Part shown: piece by piece, positions 13,101-26,584 of the stretch | How positions within the stretch are numbered: position 1 is the first letter of the stretch | Layout: each line of letters opens with the position of its first letter | DNA from: Chiloscyllium plagiosum | Taxonomy: Eukaryota | Length of the DNA: 64,000 nt | Direction of reading: 5' to 3' | Assembly: GCF_004010195.1 (NCBI RefSeq) | Contig: NC_057718.1 | Span: 57,522,660-57,586,659 of the forward strand | Made by a program: the position numbers and the translations under genes | The notes under the pieces: generated by a model | What the model saw: only the letters and a program-made list of their open reading frames with translations | Database searches by the model: none | Told to the model about the DNA's origin: nothing

Positions 13101-15255
13101 TTCACAGCTGACCTTGGAGGAACCTGTGTGGGAGAGCTCACAGCATGGAGACCCTAAATACATAGTTTTTAAATGTAATACCTGTAGCTCTACAATACTG
13201 AGTAGAGTGGGTTCTTTTTTGATTTTCTGTTTTATTGAGATCTGTCCCTTGATTAAATTTTAAAAATATAAAACATTGGTACTCAGTTAGCCTGGAGCAG
13301 TGTTTTTTAGAGCAGTAAGACTGTGCTATTTTCTGGGTCTGTTAATGATGATTATGTCTGCAGTAAGCATCTTTGGTTGCGAATCCTATCAGATCACATG
13401 GATCGGTTGGAGCAGCAGTTAGAGGCAATAAGAAATTTACAGTAGCTAGGGGGTGAGATGGATGGCAATTATAGGAAGGGAGAAAAACCACAGATACTGT
13501 CAGGTAGATGGGTTACCTCCAAGAAAAGTAGGAAAGGGAAGCAGGTATTACAGGAGTTTCCTGTGGTTATCCCAATCCCAAACAAGTGTGCTGTTTTGGA
13601 AAATGTAGAGAATGATTGGCTCTTGGGAGAATGTAGCACGAACAGCCAGGTTTCTGGTACTGAGACTGGCTCTAATGTAATGTGGGTACATCAGGTTCTA
13701 AGCTATCGATTGTGACAGGGGACTTTAGTCAGAGACACAGACACACATTTCTGCAGCCAACAGTGAGAAATCAGAATGGTGTGTTGCCTCTCTGGTGCCA
13801 GGATCAAGGATATCTTGGAGATAATGCAGAATGTTCTTAAAGGGGAGTGGGACCAGCAAGAGGTCATTGTACACATTGGAATTAATGACATAGGAAGGGA
13901 AAAGGATGAAATATTGAAGGAAGAATATAGGAAGTTAGGCAGGAATTTAAAAAGGAGGCCCTCGAGGGTAGTAATATCTGGATTACCTAACCAGGGAGAA
14001 AATGATGGAAGAGATCAGTCTGAGACTGGTACAGTTGGGAAAATGAGTGAGTCAAAGAGGGCTAACAGGAACAAAGCAGAGAACGAGGTAGGAGTGATAA
14101 ATTAAACTGCTTTTATTTCAATGCAAGAGGCCTAACAGGGAAGGCAGATGAACTCAGGACATGGTTAGGAGCGTGGGATTGGGATATCATAGCAATTACA
14201 GAGACATGGATCAGGAATGGACAGAACTGGCAGCTTAATTTTTCTGGGTACAAATGCTACATGAAGGATAGGGTGGTGGGGGGTGGCGGAGTGGGCAAGA
14301 CAGGAGAGGGAGTGACATTTTTGAAAAGGGATAGCATTATTGCTGTACTTAGGGCGGATATTCCTGGAAATACATCCAGGAATTTATTTGGGTGGTCCTG
14401 AGTAGTATTGGATGGATTCCCGAATAGTCAGTGGGAAATTGAGAAACAAATTTGTAAGGAGATTTCAGTTATTTGTAAGAATAGTAGGGTGGTTTTGGTA
14501 GAGGATTTTAACTTTTCAAACATAGACTGGGACTGCCATAGTGTTAAGAGTTTGAATGGAGAGGAATTTCTTAAGTGTGTACAAGAACATTTTCTGATTC
14601 AGCAGATAGATTTACCTACTAGAGAAGGTGCAAAACTTAACCTATTCTTGGGAAATGAGGCAGGACAAGTGACTGAGGTGTCAGTGAGGGAGCACTTTGG
14701 GACCAGCAATCATAATTCTATTAGATTTAAAATAGTGATGGAAAAGGATAGACCGAATCTAAAAGTTGAAGTTCTAAATTGGAGGAAGGTGATATTAGGC
14801 GATATTATTTCAAAAACTGATTGGGGGCAGATGTTCGCAGGTAAAGGGACAGCTGGAAAATGGGAAGCCTTCAGAAATGAGATAACGAGAGTCCAGAGAC
14901 AATATATTACTGTTTGGGTGAAAGGCAAGGTTAGTAGGTGTAGGGAATGCTGGATGACTAGAGAAATTGAGGTTTTGGTTAAGAAAAAGAAGGGAGCATA
15001 TGTCAGGTCGAGACAGCAGAGATCGAGTGAATCCTTAGAGAGTATAAAGGCAGTAGGAGTATACTTAAGAGGGAATCAGGAAGGTAAAAAGGTGACATGT
15101 GATAGCTTTAGCAAATAGGGTTAAGGAGAATCCAAAGGGATTTTGTAAATACATTAAGGACAAAAGGGTAACTAGGGAGAGAATAGGGTCCCTCAAAGAT
15201 AAGCAGGGCAGTCTTTGTATGGAACCGTAGGAGATGGGGAGATACTAAACAAGTA

Positions 15256-15990
15256 GGAGAAAGTGAGGACTGCAGATGCTGGAGATCAGAGCTGAAAATG
15301 TGTTGCTGGAAAAGCACAGCAGGTCAGGCAGCATCCAAGGAGCAGGAGAATCGACATTTCGGGCATGAGCCCTTCTTCAGGAATGAGGAGAGTGTGCCAA
15401 GCAGGTTAAAATAAAAGGTAGGGAGGAGGGACTTNNNNNNNNNNNNNNNNNNNNNNNNNNNNNNNNNNNNNNNNNNNNNNNNNNNNNNNNNNNNNNNNNN
15501 NNNNNNNNNNNNNNNNNNNNNNNNNNNNNNNNNNNNNNNNNNNNNNNNNNNNNNNNNNNNNNNNNNNNNNNNNNNNNNNNNNNNNNNNNNNNNNNNNNNN
15601 NNNNNNNNNNNNNNNNNNNNNNNNNNNNNNNNNNNNNNNNNNNNNNNNNNNNNNNNNNNNNNNNNNNNNNNNNNNNNNNNNNNNNNNNNNNNNNNNNNNN
15701 NNNNNNNNNNNNNNNNNNNNNNNNNNNNNNNNNNNNNNNNNNNNNNNNNNNNGGGGGGGGGGAAATGAGGAAACTGGAGAAATCTGAGTTCATCCCTTGT
15801 GGTTGGAGGGTTCCTAGGCGGAAGATGAGGCGCTCTTCCTCCAGCCGTCGTGTTGTTATGGTCTGGCAATGGAGGAGTCCAAGGACCTGCATGTCCTTGG
15901 TGGAGTGGGAGGGGGAGTTGAAGTATTGAGCCACGGGGTGGTTGGGTTGGTTGGTCCGGGTGTCCCAGAGGTGTTCTCTGAAACGTTCCG
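15256..15990 (-). mobile_element. PLE 3' fragment (GIY-YIG C-terminus + pLTR with hammerhead motif) nested in CR1; contains the assembly gap
   Basis: Minus ORF VAQYFNSPSHSTKDMQVLGLLHCQTITTRRLEEERLIFRLGTLQPQGMN; flanked by caagta (15250-15255 / 15991-15996); CR1 resumes on both sides. Confidence 0.88.
15435..15752. other. Assembly gap (318 N)
   Basis: Run of n. Confidence 0.99.
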
Positions 15991-17969
15991 CAAGTATCTT
16001 GCATCAGTGTTTAATGTGCAGGAGGTCATGGAAAATATAGAATGTGGGGAAATAGATGGTGATATTTTGAAAAATGGCCATATTACAGAGGAAGAGGTGC
16101 TGGATGTCTTAAAGTGCATAAAGGTGGATAAATCCCCAGGACCTGATCAGGTGTACCCAATAACTCTGTGGGAAACTAGGGAAGTGATTGCTGGACACCT
16201 TGCTGAAATATTTATATCACTGATAGTCACATGTGAGGTGCCAGAAGACTGGAGGTTGGCTAACATGGTGCCACTTTTTCAGAAACGTGGTAAGGACAAG
16301 TCAGGGAACTGTAGACCAGTGAGCCTGACATTGGTGGTGGGCAAGTTGTTGGAGAGAATCCTGAGTGGCAGGATTTACATGTATTTGAAAAGGCAAGGAC
16401 TGATTAGGGTAGTTCACATGACTTTGTGCGTGGGAAATCATGTCACGCTAACTTAATTGAGTTTTTTGAAGAAGTAACAAAGAGGGCAGAACAATGGTCA
16501 TGATCTATATGGACTTCATTAAGGCATTTGACAGGTTCCTCATAGTAGCCTGGTTAGCAAGATTAGATCTCACAGAATACAGGGGGAACTAGCCATTTGG
16601 ATACAGAACTGGCTCAAAGGTAGAAGACAGAGGGTAGTGGTGGAGGGTTGTTTTTCAAACTGGAGGCCTGTGACCAGTGGAGTTCCACAAGGATTGGTGC
16701 TGGGTCCACTACTTTTCGTCATACTCTCAATGATTTGGATGTGAACACTGGAGGTATAGTTAGTAAGTTTGTACATGATACCAAAGGTATAGTGGCGTGA
16801 AGCAGGTTATCCAGATTACAACGGGATCTTGATCAGATGGGCCAATGGGCTGAGAAGTGGCAAATGGAGTTTTGGATAAATGTGAGGTGTTGCATTTTGA
16901 ACAGGCAAATCAGAGCAGGATTTACACACTTAGTGGTAAGGTCTTAGGGAGTATTGCTGAACAAAGAGACCTTGGAGTTCATAGTTCCTTGAAAGTAGAT
17001 TCGCAGGTAGATAGGATAGTGAAGAAGGTGTTTGGTATGCTTTCCTTTATTTGTCACAGCATTGAATATAGGAGTTGGGAGGTCATGTTGTAGTTGTACA
17101 GGACATTGGTTAGGCCACTTTTGGAGTATTGTATGCAATTCTGGTCTCCTTCCTATATGAAGAATGATGTGAAACTTGAAAGAGTTCAGAAAAGATTTAC
17201 AAGGATGTTGCTAGGGTTGGAGAGTTTGTGTTATGGGGAGAGGCTGAATAGGCTGGGGCTGTTTTCCCTGCAACATCAGAGGAGGCTGACAGGTGATATT
17301 ATAGAGGTTTCTAAAATCATGAGGGGCATGGATTGGGTAATAGTCAAAGTCTTTTCCTTGGGGTGGGGGAGTATGGAACTCGAGAGAATAAATTCAGGGT
17401 GAGAGGGGAAAAATTTGAAAGGGACTTACAGGGCAACTTTTTCACACAAAGTGTGGTATGTGTATGGAATGAGCTGCTAGAGGAAGTAGTGGAGCATAGC
17501 ACAATTACAACATTTAAAAGGCATCTGGATGGTTATATGACTAGGAAGGATTTAGAAGGATATGGGCCAAATGCTTGCAAAAAGGACTAGAATAGTTTAG
17601 GATATCTGGTCGGCATGGATGGGTTGGACCAAAGTGTATGTTTCCATGCTGGACATCTCTATGACTCAATGGCTCCATGTTGTGTTAATGTCAGAGCTGA
17701 GTTGAACAGCAGTACTCCATTGCTGGATAAAACCAGGGTGAAGGAAGTAGTGCAGACTGTTCCGCAAGTGGTTTTCACCTGTTCCTGTATGAGATTCAAT
17801 CTCATCTTCTCTTGAAAGTATTGCAGGTGGGTCATCAGATAGTTAGGAATGATGCCAAAGTAATTTGACATTGGTTTGTGGGTGAGCAGCTGACTGGACA
17901 TGAACTGGACATAAAGTTCTTCCTTAGCCTTCAGGTTGTTTAGGTGGATAATTCAAATGGCAGTCTTAG

Positions 17970-18315
17970 CAGTGATAATACCATGAGGCCATTGCCTCAG
18001 CGAAGGTATTATCAATAGACTATTAATCTGGAGATCTAGCTAATGTTTTGGATTTGAATTCTGCAATGACAGATGATGAAATTTGAATTCAATAAAATTC
18101 TGGAATTAAGTCTAATGATGACCATGACACCATTGTCAGGAAAAAAACATTTTGTACACTAATATCCTTTCGGAAAGGAAATTGCTGTCTTTACCTGGTC
18201 TGGCCTACATGTGACTCTAGGCCCACAGCAATGCCATTGAGTCTCAGTTGCCCTCTGGCAATTAGGATTGGTCAGTTAATGGTGGCCTAGCCAGCTATAA
18301 CTGTGAATAAATAAA
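17970..18315 (+). mobile_element. tRNA-derived SINE (head homologous to 29770-30057, LINE-type 3' tail) with a short inverted copy of its head at 17970-17998
   Basis: ggtattatca...ctattaatc...cctggtctggcctacatgtgactc...gccctctg matches the reverse complement of 29805-30040; continues into the gcaattagga tail. Confidence 0.65.
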
Positions 18316-19477
18316 GAATGATCACAGTCTCTCTTTGTTGAAATTGGCTTCCAGAAAGCATGGATCTTCCTCAAAGACTTGTAGTTCTTTATCTTGGAAA
18401 TCCAGGATCAAGTCTTCAACATACATTAAAGAGCTGTGAATTTGTGGGAGGAACATTACTATTATATATATTGAAAAGAGTCAGTGTGAGGACTTATCCA
18501 GATTAGTCATGCATTGGTTGGCTGATATGATCTCCAAGTACACATAGAAATGTTTGCTGCTGACCATAAAGTTGACTAATTGTAGGATTTTCACATAGCA
18601 GGTGATTTTGGTGATTTTCAGCAGCATGCCTCTGCACTATCCTGTGTCATTGGCATGGCAGAAGTCAACATCGACAGTCAGTGTCTTCATGTCCTTGTGG
18701 AAACTGGCCTCATCATGAAAAGTTAGTATCAGAACCTGCTCCGATCTGTTGCATCCTGTGTTTTGCATGGAAAGGTTTTGTGCACTTATTTTGTGTCGAA
18801 CATATACAGTTATTGGCAGGGCTCTGGGTGTATAGCTCAACAAAAAGACCTAGGGGTTAGAGTGCATAGTTTCTTGAAAGTAAAGCCGCAGTGGACAGGG
18901 TGATGTAGAGGGTGTTTGGCATGCTTGCTTCATTGGTCAGAACACTGGGTATAGGAGTTGGGACGTCATGGTTTGCCTGTATCGGACACTTGTAGAATAA
19001 AGCACAATTCTGGTCACCCATCTGTAGGAAGGATGTTGTTAAAATTGAAAGACAGCTGAAATGATTTACAAGGATGTTGCTGGGACTGGATTGAGCTATA
19101 GGGAGAGGCTGAATAGGCTGGGGCTATTTTCCTTGAAGCGTTGAAGCCTGAGGGGTGACCTCATAGAGGTTTATAAAATCATGAGGGGCATGAATAGGGT
19201 GAACAGCCGAAGTCTCCCCTGGGGTGGGGCAGTCCAAAACTGGAGGGCATAGGTTTAAGGTCAGGGAGGAAAGATTTAAAAATGGCCTAAAGGGTAACTT
19301 TTTCATCCATAGGGTGGTGCTTGGAATGAGCTGTTGTAGGAGGTTGTGGAGGCTGGTACAATTATAACACTTAAAAGGCATCTGGATGAGTATATGAATG
19401 GGAAGGGATTAGAGGGATATGGGCCAAATGCTGGCAAATGAGACTAGGTCAGATTGGGATGTCTGGTTGCTACAGAT

Positions 19478-19692
19478 CACCCTCACCTTAATCTCCTTCC
19501 GCCTATCGCATTTCCAACGTCCCTCCTCCCTACCTTTTATCTCAGCCCGCTTGGCACAATTTCCTCATTCCTGAAGAAGGGCTCATGCCCGAAACGTCGA
19601 TTCTCCTGCTCCTTGGATGCTGCCTGACCTGCGCTTTTCCAGCAATACATTTTTAGCTCTGATCTCCAGCATCTGCAGTCCTCACTTTCTCC
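19478..19692 (+). mobile_element. 215-bp PLE pLTR-derived insertion with 11-bp TSD
   Basis: TSD ttgctacagat at 19467-19477 and 19693-19703; body is the reverse complement of the 15256-15430 pLTR. Confidence 0.88.
19566..19603 (+). ncRNA. Minimal type I hammerhead ribozyme motif (intact core)
   Basis: CATTC CTGAAGA A GGGC TCAT GCCC GAAA CG TC|GATTC; palindromic ACGU helix III; predicted cleavage after 19598. Confidence 0.75.
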
Positions 19693-19889
19693 TTGCTACA
19701 GATGAGTCTGGTTCCATGCTGTGTGACTCTAAGACTCCATAAGGGCTTGAGATGTCTGTTTGTTCTTGTGCAGGCAAAATGGAGATGGTACAAGCATGCA
19801 CCTCTTATATCCCCTCCACCTTTCCCCAGCAGCGCAGCCTTGCATTCTCCTGTCCCCTTCAAACTCCCAAGAAGTGCAACCTGGTCAGA

Positions 19890-19984
19890 GTTGAAACTTT
19901 ATTGCTGGAACAGCACAGCAGGTCAGGCAGCATCCAGGGAACAGGAGATTCGACGTTTCGGGCACAGGCCCTTCTTCAGGAATC
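19890..19984 (-). mobile_element. Short PLE pLTR fragment
   Basis: ttgctggaacagcacagcaggtcaggcagcatcc..., same family as 15256-15390. Confidence 0.82.
19947..19984 (-). ncRNA. Minimal type I hammerhead ribozyme motif (intact core, perfect 5-bp helix I)
   Basis: Minus strand GATTC CTGAAGA A GGGC CTGT GCCC GAAA CG TC|GAATC. Confidence 0.8.
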
Positions 19985-22497
19985 AAACAAGATGAACAGC
20001 AAGAAAACTGCGATAAAAGTGAAACACTATTTCTCTATTTCACACTGACTCTGTGCAATTTCTAACCAGAGGTGAGTTTTGCATACTGTAAAACTACACA
20101 GAGGAGGCCCTTTGGCCCATCCAGTCTGAAATGACCTATCGACACTAATTCCACTTTCCAGCACTTGACCCATAGCCTTAAAATGTTATGACAATTAAAG
20201 TCCTTATCCACATTCTTTCTGCATATGATGAGATAACAGGCGTGCTTGACCCGGATGGTGTAAGGGTGTCAAAGAAGCTCAAACTGAAATCACTCAAGCT
20301 CAGACAGCTGCCATCATGCCTGACCATTGGAGGTTGTTAAAGAGTGTGCAGAGATTCCCAGTAATCCAGTCACCAGTCCTTCATCTGCTGTAAGGGAGTG
20401 GCAGTGGTTCCATGGAGCACACACCTCTCTCAGGAAGCAGTCACACTTTTGACATTCCACACTTTGCTGTTATCTGACAGTCAGGCAGCTGACCCAGACT
20501 GCTGTTACCTCTGCCAAGGCAGTGTGGTCTGCTGTCAGGCTTTATTAACCAAGAGCTGAGCGAAGACATCCACCAAGGCCATCTATAGATGTCCCCACTG
20601 ACAGTCAGCAGCCTTTCATCAGCTACTGGGGCAGCCACTAGTGTGGCGCTGATAGTGACATTAGGGTCAGGCAAACACAAATTGGGGACAGGCTGTGAGA
20701 GAATGGAGAAAGGTAATTAGATTATATTCAATATTGTTTAAAATACATATTTTGTGATTCCTCTAATGTTGCATTGTAGCCATTTCTGTGATGGTTCATA
20801 ATTGAGGGGAGTTAAGGTTATATTTACTGGTATTGTGATCAAATGAGTTCTTCACAGGCAGCTGTCCAGAAAGGGCCTGTCCAGGATATTGTTTCCCTTT
20901 CTCTTAGTTTGCTTCTTTCTCAACGACTGCTGGTGGCAGGAGCAGTGTCCTCGAGCAGATCACCACGTAACCTGCCATGCACTTTCTCAAGTACTTCAAT
21001 ATTCCTTCAGAGTAGCCCAGGCAGAGAAAGAACTGTATCAGCATTTGATTCTCTCATCGTGTTTGTACACTGTATGCACACTGCGCTTGCATGTCAGTGT
21101 GTTGTATCCTGGAGATATTAACCATATTGTCAGTTGTTAGCCTGTAGCACCTCACAGGCACTCTGGTTTACTGCATCATGGAGAACTCCGTGAGGATGGT
21201 AAATCAGTGTGCTCACTCCACCTGCTACTGTTTGCCAAGCGAGAAAGAATTGTCATTATTTTTCATCGGGTAATAGGTCTTTGGGAACTCTTTCAAACTG
21301 TTTTGCAAACACTTCTTATAAAACAATGAATAGCAACTCTACTGAGTTACCAAGTGTCTCCAGCGCCACCCTAGACAAAGTCAGACAGATAATGGTGTTA
21401 CCAATGTCACCTTCACATCCACTGACACAATTGTCCTTTTCCTGTTTTGACGTTACAGTCATGGCAACAGAATTCAATGAGGACATTGTTACTAAAGTAC
21501 AGGTATCTCATGCCTTGCTTCCCCTTGAGATTTACAAAGAAGCAACGCTCCCTGAATGCTCGGAGTAGATGTGACCTTCGGCAGAGAAAATCCCTCTCTT
21601 TCCTTTTTTTCCTTTTTCTAATAGCTTACTGTGATTTTTATGTTCCATTCTCCAAGTTAGGTTGAATTCTAAAAGAAATGCTGACTAGAGTATCCAGGTT
21701 TGAGAGCGACTGTTTTTTGTAGAAGCCTTGAAGTCGGCTTCATAAACACTTGCCAAGCCACTAACTGTAGATTTATGAAACATTATGCAATTCTAGCAAA
21801 CATTAAACACTAGTAGAATTGAAGCAACAGCCAGAAGAAATCAACTAGGAAATAACCAGTAAGCAGTTGATAATCTGAGGGACAATTCTGCTGGTGGAAT
21901 ATGTGTTCAGCTTTGTGAAGGTAAGAGAGGGCATTGGTTGAAACATTAATGCCCAAAATGGCAACCTGGAGTGAAATCAGCAATGTGCCCTGTCTAATGC
22001 CTGCCTGTTCTGTATGCTTTCAGAGCCTGCACCCTGATGCCCCTACCAATATGGCATCCAGCAATACCAGAGATGTGCATTTATCGATATGAGTGCCATT
22101 TTGGAGTAAATTTATTTTGTAATGACAATTCAAATGCTCTGCATTTCTAGCCTTATATTTCACTCTAAACAACAAACAGATGCAACAAGCAACAGATGTG
22201 TCCAAAAACACTAACATCATTGCAAAATATAGTGTTATTGTACATTTTTATATTTTAAACAAAGTGCTTTTTAATACCACTATGCTTATTCACAATTCTC
22301 TGTACTATTCCTAAAACTATGAAATACCTGTGATCCAATGAGTTTTCCACTGTGATCTTGTCAGTCTCTTGGGACCAAATGCCTCTTAAGGCTTTTGAGT
22401 CTGTGACAGGCATACAGGAATGTGGGAAGCTTGACCCGATACCTGGTACTACAGGAGCAGGTAGCTGAAGACAAGGACTAAACAGATCATATGAGTT

Positions 22498-22817
22498 TTA
22501 GATTAGATTAGATTCCCTACAGCGTGGAAACAGGCCCTTCGGCCCAACAAGTCCACACCAACCCTCCGAAGAGTAACCCACCCAGACCCATTTACCTCTG
22601 ACTAATGCATCTAACACTATGGGCAATTTAGCATGGTCAATTCACCTAACCTGCACATCTTTGGACTGTGGGAGGAAACCAGAGCACCCGGAGGAAACCC
22701 ACACAGACACTGGGAGAATGTGCAAACTCCACACAGACAGTCACCCAAGGCTGGAATCAAACCTGGGACTCTAGTGCTGTGAGGCAGCAGTGCTAACCAC
22801 TGAGCCACCATGCCGCC
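22498..22817 (-). mobile_element. HE1-like V-SINE (tRNA head, V-domain, CR1-type tail)
   Basis: Minus strand A box TGGCTCAGTGG, B box GGTTTGATTCC, V-domain GTGGAGTTTGCACATTCTCCC...GGGTTTCCTCCGGGTGCTC, tail (AATCT)n. Confidence 0.88.
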
Positions 22818-25559
22818 ATTGTTGCTAGGTAAGCTGATGGCACCACTAATATAAATTCCAGCCATATCACTTGTGCTGAATCCTGGAGTTTAGGCAATTG
22901 CTAAGTGATGGGCAGACTTGATGGATTTGATTCCATGATGACTTTGAGAAATTGTCTCCTGATTCCTTTGAAAAACAATTGATATTGTTCTTTCCAAACA
23001 TCCTCCAAGGCCTGAAGGCAATGGACCCATGGCTGCACTGACTAGTCTGGCAACTTTTCTATCAGTAGAGAGTTAATGCAGATGTTTTCAGATAATGTTG
23101 CAGTGTGCTGAATCCTTCTCAATTATTGGCAAGGAGGATGGTCTTATTCTTCACTGGGCTCTTGCCATCTGTCTCTGGTCTCTTAAGTGACTTTCAGCAC
23201 TTCCATGTGAATTTGAAACCCATCCAACTTTTTTTTTTAGAGCAATACGCCAGAGATCTGACTCTCTAGTTTCAGGATCCAGAAGCTAATTTCTGTGGAG
23301 CCTCCAAACCCCACTGTCAGGTCCAATTTTTACCTCTGACTCACCCAGCTTATCTTGGCTGCTCTGGTGAAATTGTAAAACCTTTTCTTGTAGTGCAAAG
23401 GACTCCAAAGATTCAAGGAAAAGTGATACTTGCTGCAACAGCAGACTCATTCTGCAATCCTTGATTCCACATAGCCTGTCCTTTCTTTTCCATCTCATTT
23501 CTTTGATCTAGTGCCATCTTTGCCACTTCAACTTCCACTGCTAATGTTTCACTACTCTCCTGAAAAAAAAATAGGAACTGCTTGTGTACCTGGTTCTGTG
23601 TTTGCTTCTGACTTTGACAACCCAGCCCCACACTCTATGGTTTTATTCTGCTGCATATTTTTCAGGACTTCAATGGGAAATCAATTCTCCAGTAAAGCTG
23701 AACCAGGAGCAGAGTCAACTGCAAATATTCTGACCAAATCTCAAAAGTACTTAAATATAACAAGCTGATCAATATTTTCCAAAATATCAGAACTGTTTCT
23801 CATGTCCTTTAGGAATCCACCACGTGCATATAAGTAACATAAAGAGGGTGTGGCCAAACTCTGAACACAATGACTGGGATTTTCCACTTTCAAGTTAAAG
23901 CATGGCAGTGATTGCCTTAGAGGTGCTGCATTCACCAAGGATTGTGTTGGATTTTTTTGGAGCAGTCATTTGTTGTTTTTGCTCGTTTTGTATGCCATCA
24001 AGGTCTACGGTGATTGGAACAGCAGGGGCTAGGGTGGGCATCTTTCACTTACAATAAGCCAGGAACTCTGTTACAAATAGTAGTTTTCACTCCTACCCTT
24101 CAACTCTTGTTCTGGCATAGACTTCAAGTAAATCTAGCAACTCAAGACTGGACATCCACGAGGCAGCAGAATTGTACTCCAACAAAATCTTTGATTCAAT
24201 TGCTTCCTGTAGGACTTGGTCACAATGCTTTTCAAAAACTTACTATTATCTTATAATGTTACATTGGGTTGAGCAGCTGAATTTATGTTTTCTGTGGCAG
24301 TTAATTCCGATATTCAAAATTTTAATGGAATCTTTTAGTAAGATTTTCATTTCCTGATGCTGACAGGTTGTAAAACATTATTGAGACCACACAGGTAATG
24401 TTGAATTCAGTTGCGGCACACATACTTATAAGATAGTTTATATCATTTAGGAATAAAGAAAAGCTCACTGAATTACGTTTAATACTAGCAAAAAGCCAAA
24501 GAAATCTGAAGCTCAATGTTTTTTAAATGATGGAGGGAATGAATGGTCAGGAGTGTCCTTTTAGTGGCATTCTGTCAAACGATGGAGAGGACTTGTGTGA
24601 AGAGAAGTTCACTTGAGAAAGCCTAGGGTTAAATCACTTTTTGAGACCAACTATTACTTTCCGCCAGTGGGAAGCAGTGCTAAATGGTGTAAACATGAAG
24701 AAAATCTGCAAAAAAGTGAAACCAACCAGTATGTGGATATGGATGTGGCCAATAGGGTAAATGGGAGTAGATTTTCATTCAATTGGGAATGCAGTAGTAA
24801 ATCTTTCGACCTGTGCTTCCATCATTCTCCGAAGCAATTTCACCTTAGCCCTGGTGAATAAGAGATGTAAATCTATGGTAAATATGTATAGCCTCCTGAC
24901 TAATAAAATATGTAAATATTTCATGCAATGGAATTGGGCTGGTAAATGGATTAAGACTAAATGAGAATATTACAACAGTTTTCATTGAAAGTTGATGTTG
25001 GAGAAACATTGCCCTGAACAGTTCCCCTTCTGGAATTCCTTTGGCTGTTATCTCCTTCCCACCTACTTCCTGCTCAATGGGAAGATCTGAGAATTGGCGA
25101 AATTTTAGTGGAAATGAGACCGACCTTGGGCCCTTTTTGGACATCCTTGTAACATGCTGAAACCCTCATGAATACTTAACATTTTAAATTAAGTGAATGG
25201 GCCAAGTTAAAAGAAAGCATAGGGCTAAATCTTACATTTTTTTGGCTAAGTGCAAGTCACGTCCCTTTACGTGGAGAGATTCTTGTTGTGATACTGAGCA
25301 AGTTTTCTCACCGTATCTTATCAAATTTACAAGAGTTGATGTTCCCACTTTTCTGGAGAATATCACATCTGATTTCCATGTCACCTTACTGCATGACATT
25401 TCTGGAGCAGTTTTCCACTCACTGGATATTTGCCCTTTCATCTGTACCATTTTTCAAAGCCCGCAGCATGCCAGCAGGAGAGCTGGTATTTGGCAACTGT
25501 CCTGTTTGGTTGTGGCTGTTATCTCCCACAAGCACCATCTCACAGACTTCTACGCCTTT

Positions 25560-25650
25560 ACACACACTGACACACATGCACATGTACACTCTCACAGACA
25601 CTCATACTCCTTGCATATGCACACACACATACACATACACACACACACAA
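25560..25650. repeat. Imperfect (CA)n microsatellite
   Basis: cacacactgacacacatgcac...acacacacac. Confidence 0.85.
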
Positions 25651-26021
25651 GTTTGTGGGGTGAATTTGTACTTGCAGAATTACGTTTATTTTGCTCAAAA
25701 ACTGCTTAAATCCATGTAAGATTCTGTAAATCCTTTTTTTAGATTTGAAGCAGTCTGAACATTGTGGCACAGACAGTCTCACACAGGACACCTCACAATG
25801 GCATCATCTGGACCAACATGGCACCTATTGTTAAAGTTCGCTTGAGAATGTAACTTTAAGAAAGTTCTGGAATTTACATATGAAAGAAGTGAAACCAATA
25901 TGGCCATTCTAAAAGATGAGAGATTTAACAAACAATCCAGGTCTTTTTCAATAATTTCAGTTACATCACACTGTAAACTTTTGCTATAAATTCTGTGTCC
26001 TACGATCTTATACTCCACAAC

Positions 26022-26056
26022 CACCTGATGAAGGAGCAGTGCTCCGAAAGCTAGTG
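26022..26056 (+). ncRNA. Minimal type I hammerhead ribozyme motif, second family
   Basis: CAC CTGATGA A GGAGC AGT GCTCC GAAA GC TA|GTG; palindromic AGCU helix III; predicted cleavage after 26053. Confidence 0.75.
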
Positions 26057-26584
26057 CTTCCAAATAAACCTGTTGGACTATAACTTGGTGTTGTGTGATT
26101 TTTAACTTTGTCCACCTCAGTCCAACACTGGCACCTCTAAATCATGATTCCTCAACATTGCATATTTTCCATGTTCCACATGATTAGAATGACACCAGGC
26201 CAGTGGCTTCCAGTATGACCATCAACCTGTTACTCTGAGCCCCAATAAGACCCTATCCTTCCTCGGTGCCATTCCCTGAACCTCCCATGATTCAGGCTTC
26301 TCCAGGTCCTTCCAGGTCATACACCTGCCCACGACTTCACCTCAACCCAATCATAGCCACCATTCCTCTTAGTAGAGAAGACTGATGGGTCGTGTAATTG
26401 GCTGGGTTGGATTTGTCCTACTTTTTATGTATAGGGCATGCATGGGCAGTTTTCCACATTGTCACGTTGATGCCTATAAAAGCTTGGCTTGGGGAGTGGC
26501 AAGTTCTGGAGCACAAGTCCTTAGTATTATTGCTGGAATATTGTCAGAGTCCATAATATCCAGAGTGTCCAACCATGCCCACCA

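Larger units (their letters stand above)
13345..17672 (+). mobile_element. Near-full-length decayed CR1 LINE: ORF1 (SGNH-esterase-like) and ORF2 (APE endonuclease + RT); interrupted by a PLE fragment; 5' UTR may extend to about 12815
   Basis: ORF1 motif VCCLSGARIKD...VIVHIGINDIG; EN motifs EDFNFSNIDW, PTREGAKLNL, GTSNHNSI; RT KSPGPDQVYP, DWRLANMVPLFQK, NCRPVSLT; tail ctctatgactc at about 17660. Confidence 0.93.
18840..19735 (+). mobile_element. CR1 3' fragment, 3' UTR interrupted by a PLE-derived insertion
   Basis: Aligns by eye with 16965-17670 and 27385-28090. Confidence 0.88.
25550..26146 (+). mobile_element. 3' end of a second PLE family (CA-rich segment, hammerhead motif, AATAAA)
   Basis: Hammerhead at 26022-26056 followed by caaataaacctgttggactataac; family assignment inferred from the motif. 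Confidence 0.6.

Noticed and set aside
15324..16004. Long ORFs of 226 and 185 aa
   Set aside because: Artefacts of translating through the N gap
22740..22817. tRNA genes at A/B-box sites (also 55062, 58573 and 30057)
   Set aside because: They are SINE or LINE heads followed by repeat bodies; no complete cloverleaf with terminator
25197..25791. Overlapping 143-170 aa ORFs with HT/CV repeats
   Set aside because: Open frames are extended by the CA microsatellite; no recognisable domain
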